Positions 61,200 through 64,000 of a stretch of 64,000 nucleotides of DNA are shown here, in pieces; position 1 is the first letter of the stretch; each line of letters starts with the position of its first letter. Under the pieces are notes generated by a model that saw nothing but the letters and a program-made list of their open reading frames with translations, was not told the origin of the DNA and ran no database searches. Origin of the DNA: Takakia lepidozioides. Its lineage: Eukaryota > Plantae > Bryophyta. The translations under genes and the position numbers were made by a program. The DNA lies in the NCBI GenBank assembly GCA_030704615.1, contig CM060734.1, positions 23,870,001 through 23,934,000 of the forward strand, in the 5' to 3' direction.

Positions 61200-64000
61200 C
61201 TCACATCACTTAAGGCTACATCTATCAGTCACACACGGACCCGTATCTACTGAAGTGCTGAATATGCATTCTAGTTGCAGGTCTGACCGTGAGTAGATTG
61301 CAGAGCAAGCTGGGCCCACTCCTTTACTGACACTGAAAAGCAAATCATTATCTGCAAGCATACATACTTTGGGGTCCAGTATTCCCAAAACATTGTAATA
61401 ATCTTGCTCTGGGTACAATTGTATTCACACCAGTAGATCAAGTCAACAATCCTTCACAATGTCAACATTGTCCCTTACTGTTGGCATTCCCTGCCATCAG
61501 TCTATGCAATAATCACAACTCAATTTTCACAGAAAATAACACTATCAACATCCACCACAGACTTGCCTTTTGCAAATGCCCTTGATGTGATGATGTTGGA
61601 CTCCCCCATTCTACAAGTGTACACTACGTGTGACTGAAGAAGACTGTGATTTTCTCAACTACAGACGTAGCGATCTGTGGCTTCAATCCATTGAAGGAAT
61701 TGCCCTATAATAACCCCATACTGGGGTGTGTCCAAGAGAAAGGGGTGGGGGGCTTGGAGATCGGTGGGTTGTGGCATGGAGGGCATGCGGAGGTACCATC
61801 ATTGTGAAGAAGCATGAGGAACTAACCCTGGTTTTTTTTCCCTGGTTTCTCTTGTGTGCTCCACCCATCTCCTTGTAATCCTTTTGCTGTCCTTTGGTCA
61901 TGTGCAGGGTGCTTGCCCACATTATCCTTAAATAGGGAGTGCTTTACTTCTCTGTTCACATCACTCCTTTGTGTTGTGGTGGCTTTCTGGGCCCAGGTAT
62001 GTTACAATGGCAGCTGTGCCCATATTAGCTTAGGCAGGCAATGCAGGCGTAGTTGAGTCAACTTGAATTATGAGGTGTTATAACAGGGTTCCTAGTCCAC
62101 CAGTCTTTCCCGTGTTGTTCTTAACATGCTGATAGACATTCAAATATTGTTGCACAGGTGGTGGCAAAGCATAGCTTCCACAAGCTCGAGCTTCCACATC
62201 TGTCTTGTGAGTGTTTGAGGTAAGATAAGGACGAAGAATCAATATGCACCCAGAGTCTGGAGACAGAGACACAGCTGGCGAAATGGGCAATTATTTACTT
62301 GGAAGTCTTGGGAAGCTTCAAGTGCAAGTAACATGTAACACAAAATACTAGTTACTCAGGGCTACTGAATTCTTTCAAGCCATGACAACTTTGCCCTTTG
62401 CCTCCACGCGATCAAATACCATAAGGGAAGGGTTCCAGCAAGCTGTTCTTTACAAACCTCTCCTCGAGATGTCTGCTAATTTTTCATCGAAATCTACCCA
62501 CATCTCTCTAGCGGACATGGATGACAACCAATCAACTCCAAGAAAGGACATGCTGGTTTCTTGTGATGCAACTCATGTCCACCCATGTTCTGCAGCTCTG
62601 CACTCTGTATTGAGCAGGCTTGACTATGCTGGGAAGACACAATGAAAAGACTTTCGAGCTTTATGACAAGTACCTGGGCTCCTTCGATACTTTCTTTTGC
62701 TATTCTGTAGGGTTTAGTGACTACCTGTAGGGCACTCTGGTAGATCCAGCCAACAGTTGCAGCCACATAAAAGATTGGTAAATACGCTGACGTGTGTCGT
62801 GACAGAGATGCGTCTTCCAGACTGCAGTCTCCAAACCCCTGCAGCTTGTCTTTGACCCTCTGCATTTTCTATCAGGGGTCAACACTGAACCAAAAAGGTC
62901 AATTCCAAATGTCGTGCTTGCATTGAGAGGACGGCCTTCCTGGAGAGAATTGTTTCAAGTTTTCATTATCTCAGTTCATGACTCAGTGGACCATTCCAGC
63001 TGGCTCTTCCTCTTTCACCGCGAATGTATTGTATAGAGACAGTATGGTGTTTACCTGGAACTCCAGTAAGAGATGTTGAAGCAGGAGCTACAATTGCCAC
63101 AACCAGGTGGGAGAGTGACAACCTGCATGTTGTCTAATCTTGGATGCCAGAATCATTGGGAATGGCAGCCTTGTCTCTATTCTCCATATGATATGAGGAA
63201 TTCATCGAAGGGCTTGACATATTGCCAGGATGACAAAAAGCCCTAGGAACTTTTTACAGTGTTGGCAAATGAGAGGTCAGACGCTCGTCTCCTCGAGAGT
63301 CTGTACATTTACTCGCCATGTTTGGCTCCTCCTTTCTCCTTTCCCCGTGGGATTCGCCTGCTGCTAGAGCGAGAAAACAACCTCCAGGGTGTTCCTATGC
63401 TGCTAGTATGAAGCACCTGCCTGGTATCTCTCAACTCCCTGTCCGTAAGTGATGAGACAGTCTGGGGACCAAGAGCATGCCGGCCAGAGTCATAGCTATA
63501 TTCGTGGTTTGCATTGCAAATGCTCGAAACTTCCGCGCATTCCACACGAACCTTGAAAGCTTGTGCGTTTTTCCCGACAGTTCTATTGTTGCAATCCACA
63601 CGATCAGATCGTTCGGAAGTGCTTTTCTTCCTTACTTTCGAGTCCGAACTGGTTCTATTTGTCGTCCTGATGGGATTAAAATCTTTGAAGCTGATATCTT
63701 CATTAGTTGACCTGCGACTGAACGTCCTGCTCCAAGGATTTTCCCTGCTGCTGGCGGACATTCGCTTTGAACCAACGGACTGCATATGAATAACAGAGGC
63801 AACTATATGCCGGGCAGGGCGGGTCGGTTCCTCGGCATTGGAGGCTGTGATGTTGTCATTCTTGTTCCCACCCTCAGTTCGCTTCATCTCAGAGCCAATC
63901 CCCTCACCTGCCCTTTTATCTGACTTCCATAGTGCACTCCAAGCATGTCTGAATACAACACGAAACACCGCTGTGCTCCAATAGCTCTTGCTGCCAGCGC
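61200..64000 (-). other. Unidentified coding-like region (gene or pseudogene) running off the right edge
   Basis: Same-strand ORFs 63309-63968 (219 aa, Ser/Arg-rich) and 62494-62865 (hydrophobic stretch); no recognised domain or reliable splice model. Confidence 0.3.

Overview
Repeat-rich eukaryotic nuclear DNA, inferred to be from a non-seed land plant (bryophyte-like). Host genes: a spliced METTL16/FIONA1-type m6A methyltransferase (minus strand, running off the left edge), the decayed 3' part of an SMC2 condensin gene, and an unidentified coding-like region at the right edge. A ~7.2 kb mitochondrial insertion (NUMT) carries ccmB-ccmC-ccmFN-ccmFC (with its group II intron) and trnQ in unedited form; ccmC is interrupted by a nuclear SINE. 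Most of the rest is nested transposable elements: two copies of a Mutator-like transposase with a GCM-like zinc domain (one also has SWIM); a non-autonomous MULE with related ends; a Ty3/Gypsy element with a self-priming signature; a tail-less LINE family with 15-bp TCT-starting target-site duplications (TSDs); L1-type LINEs sharing a 3' double-hairpin motif; a tRNA-derived SINE family carrying a 15-16 nt antisense match to that motif; CACTA fragments; an intronless kinase pseudogene; and several foldbacks and tandem arrays. All calls come from reading the sequence by eye; no database search was run.
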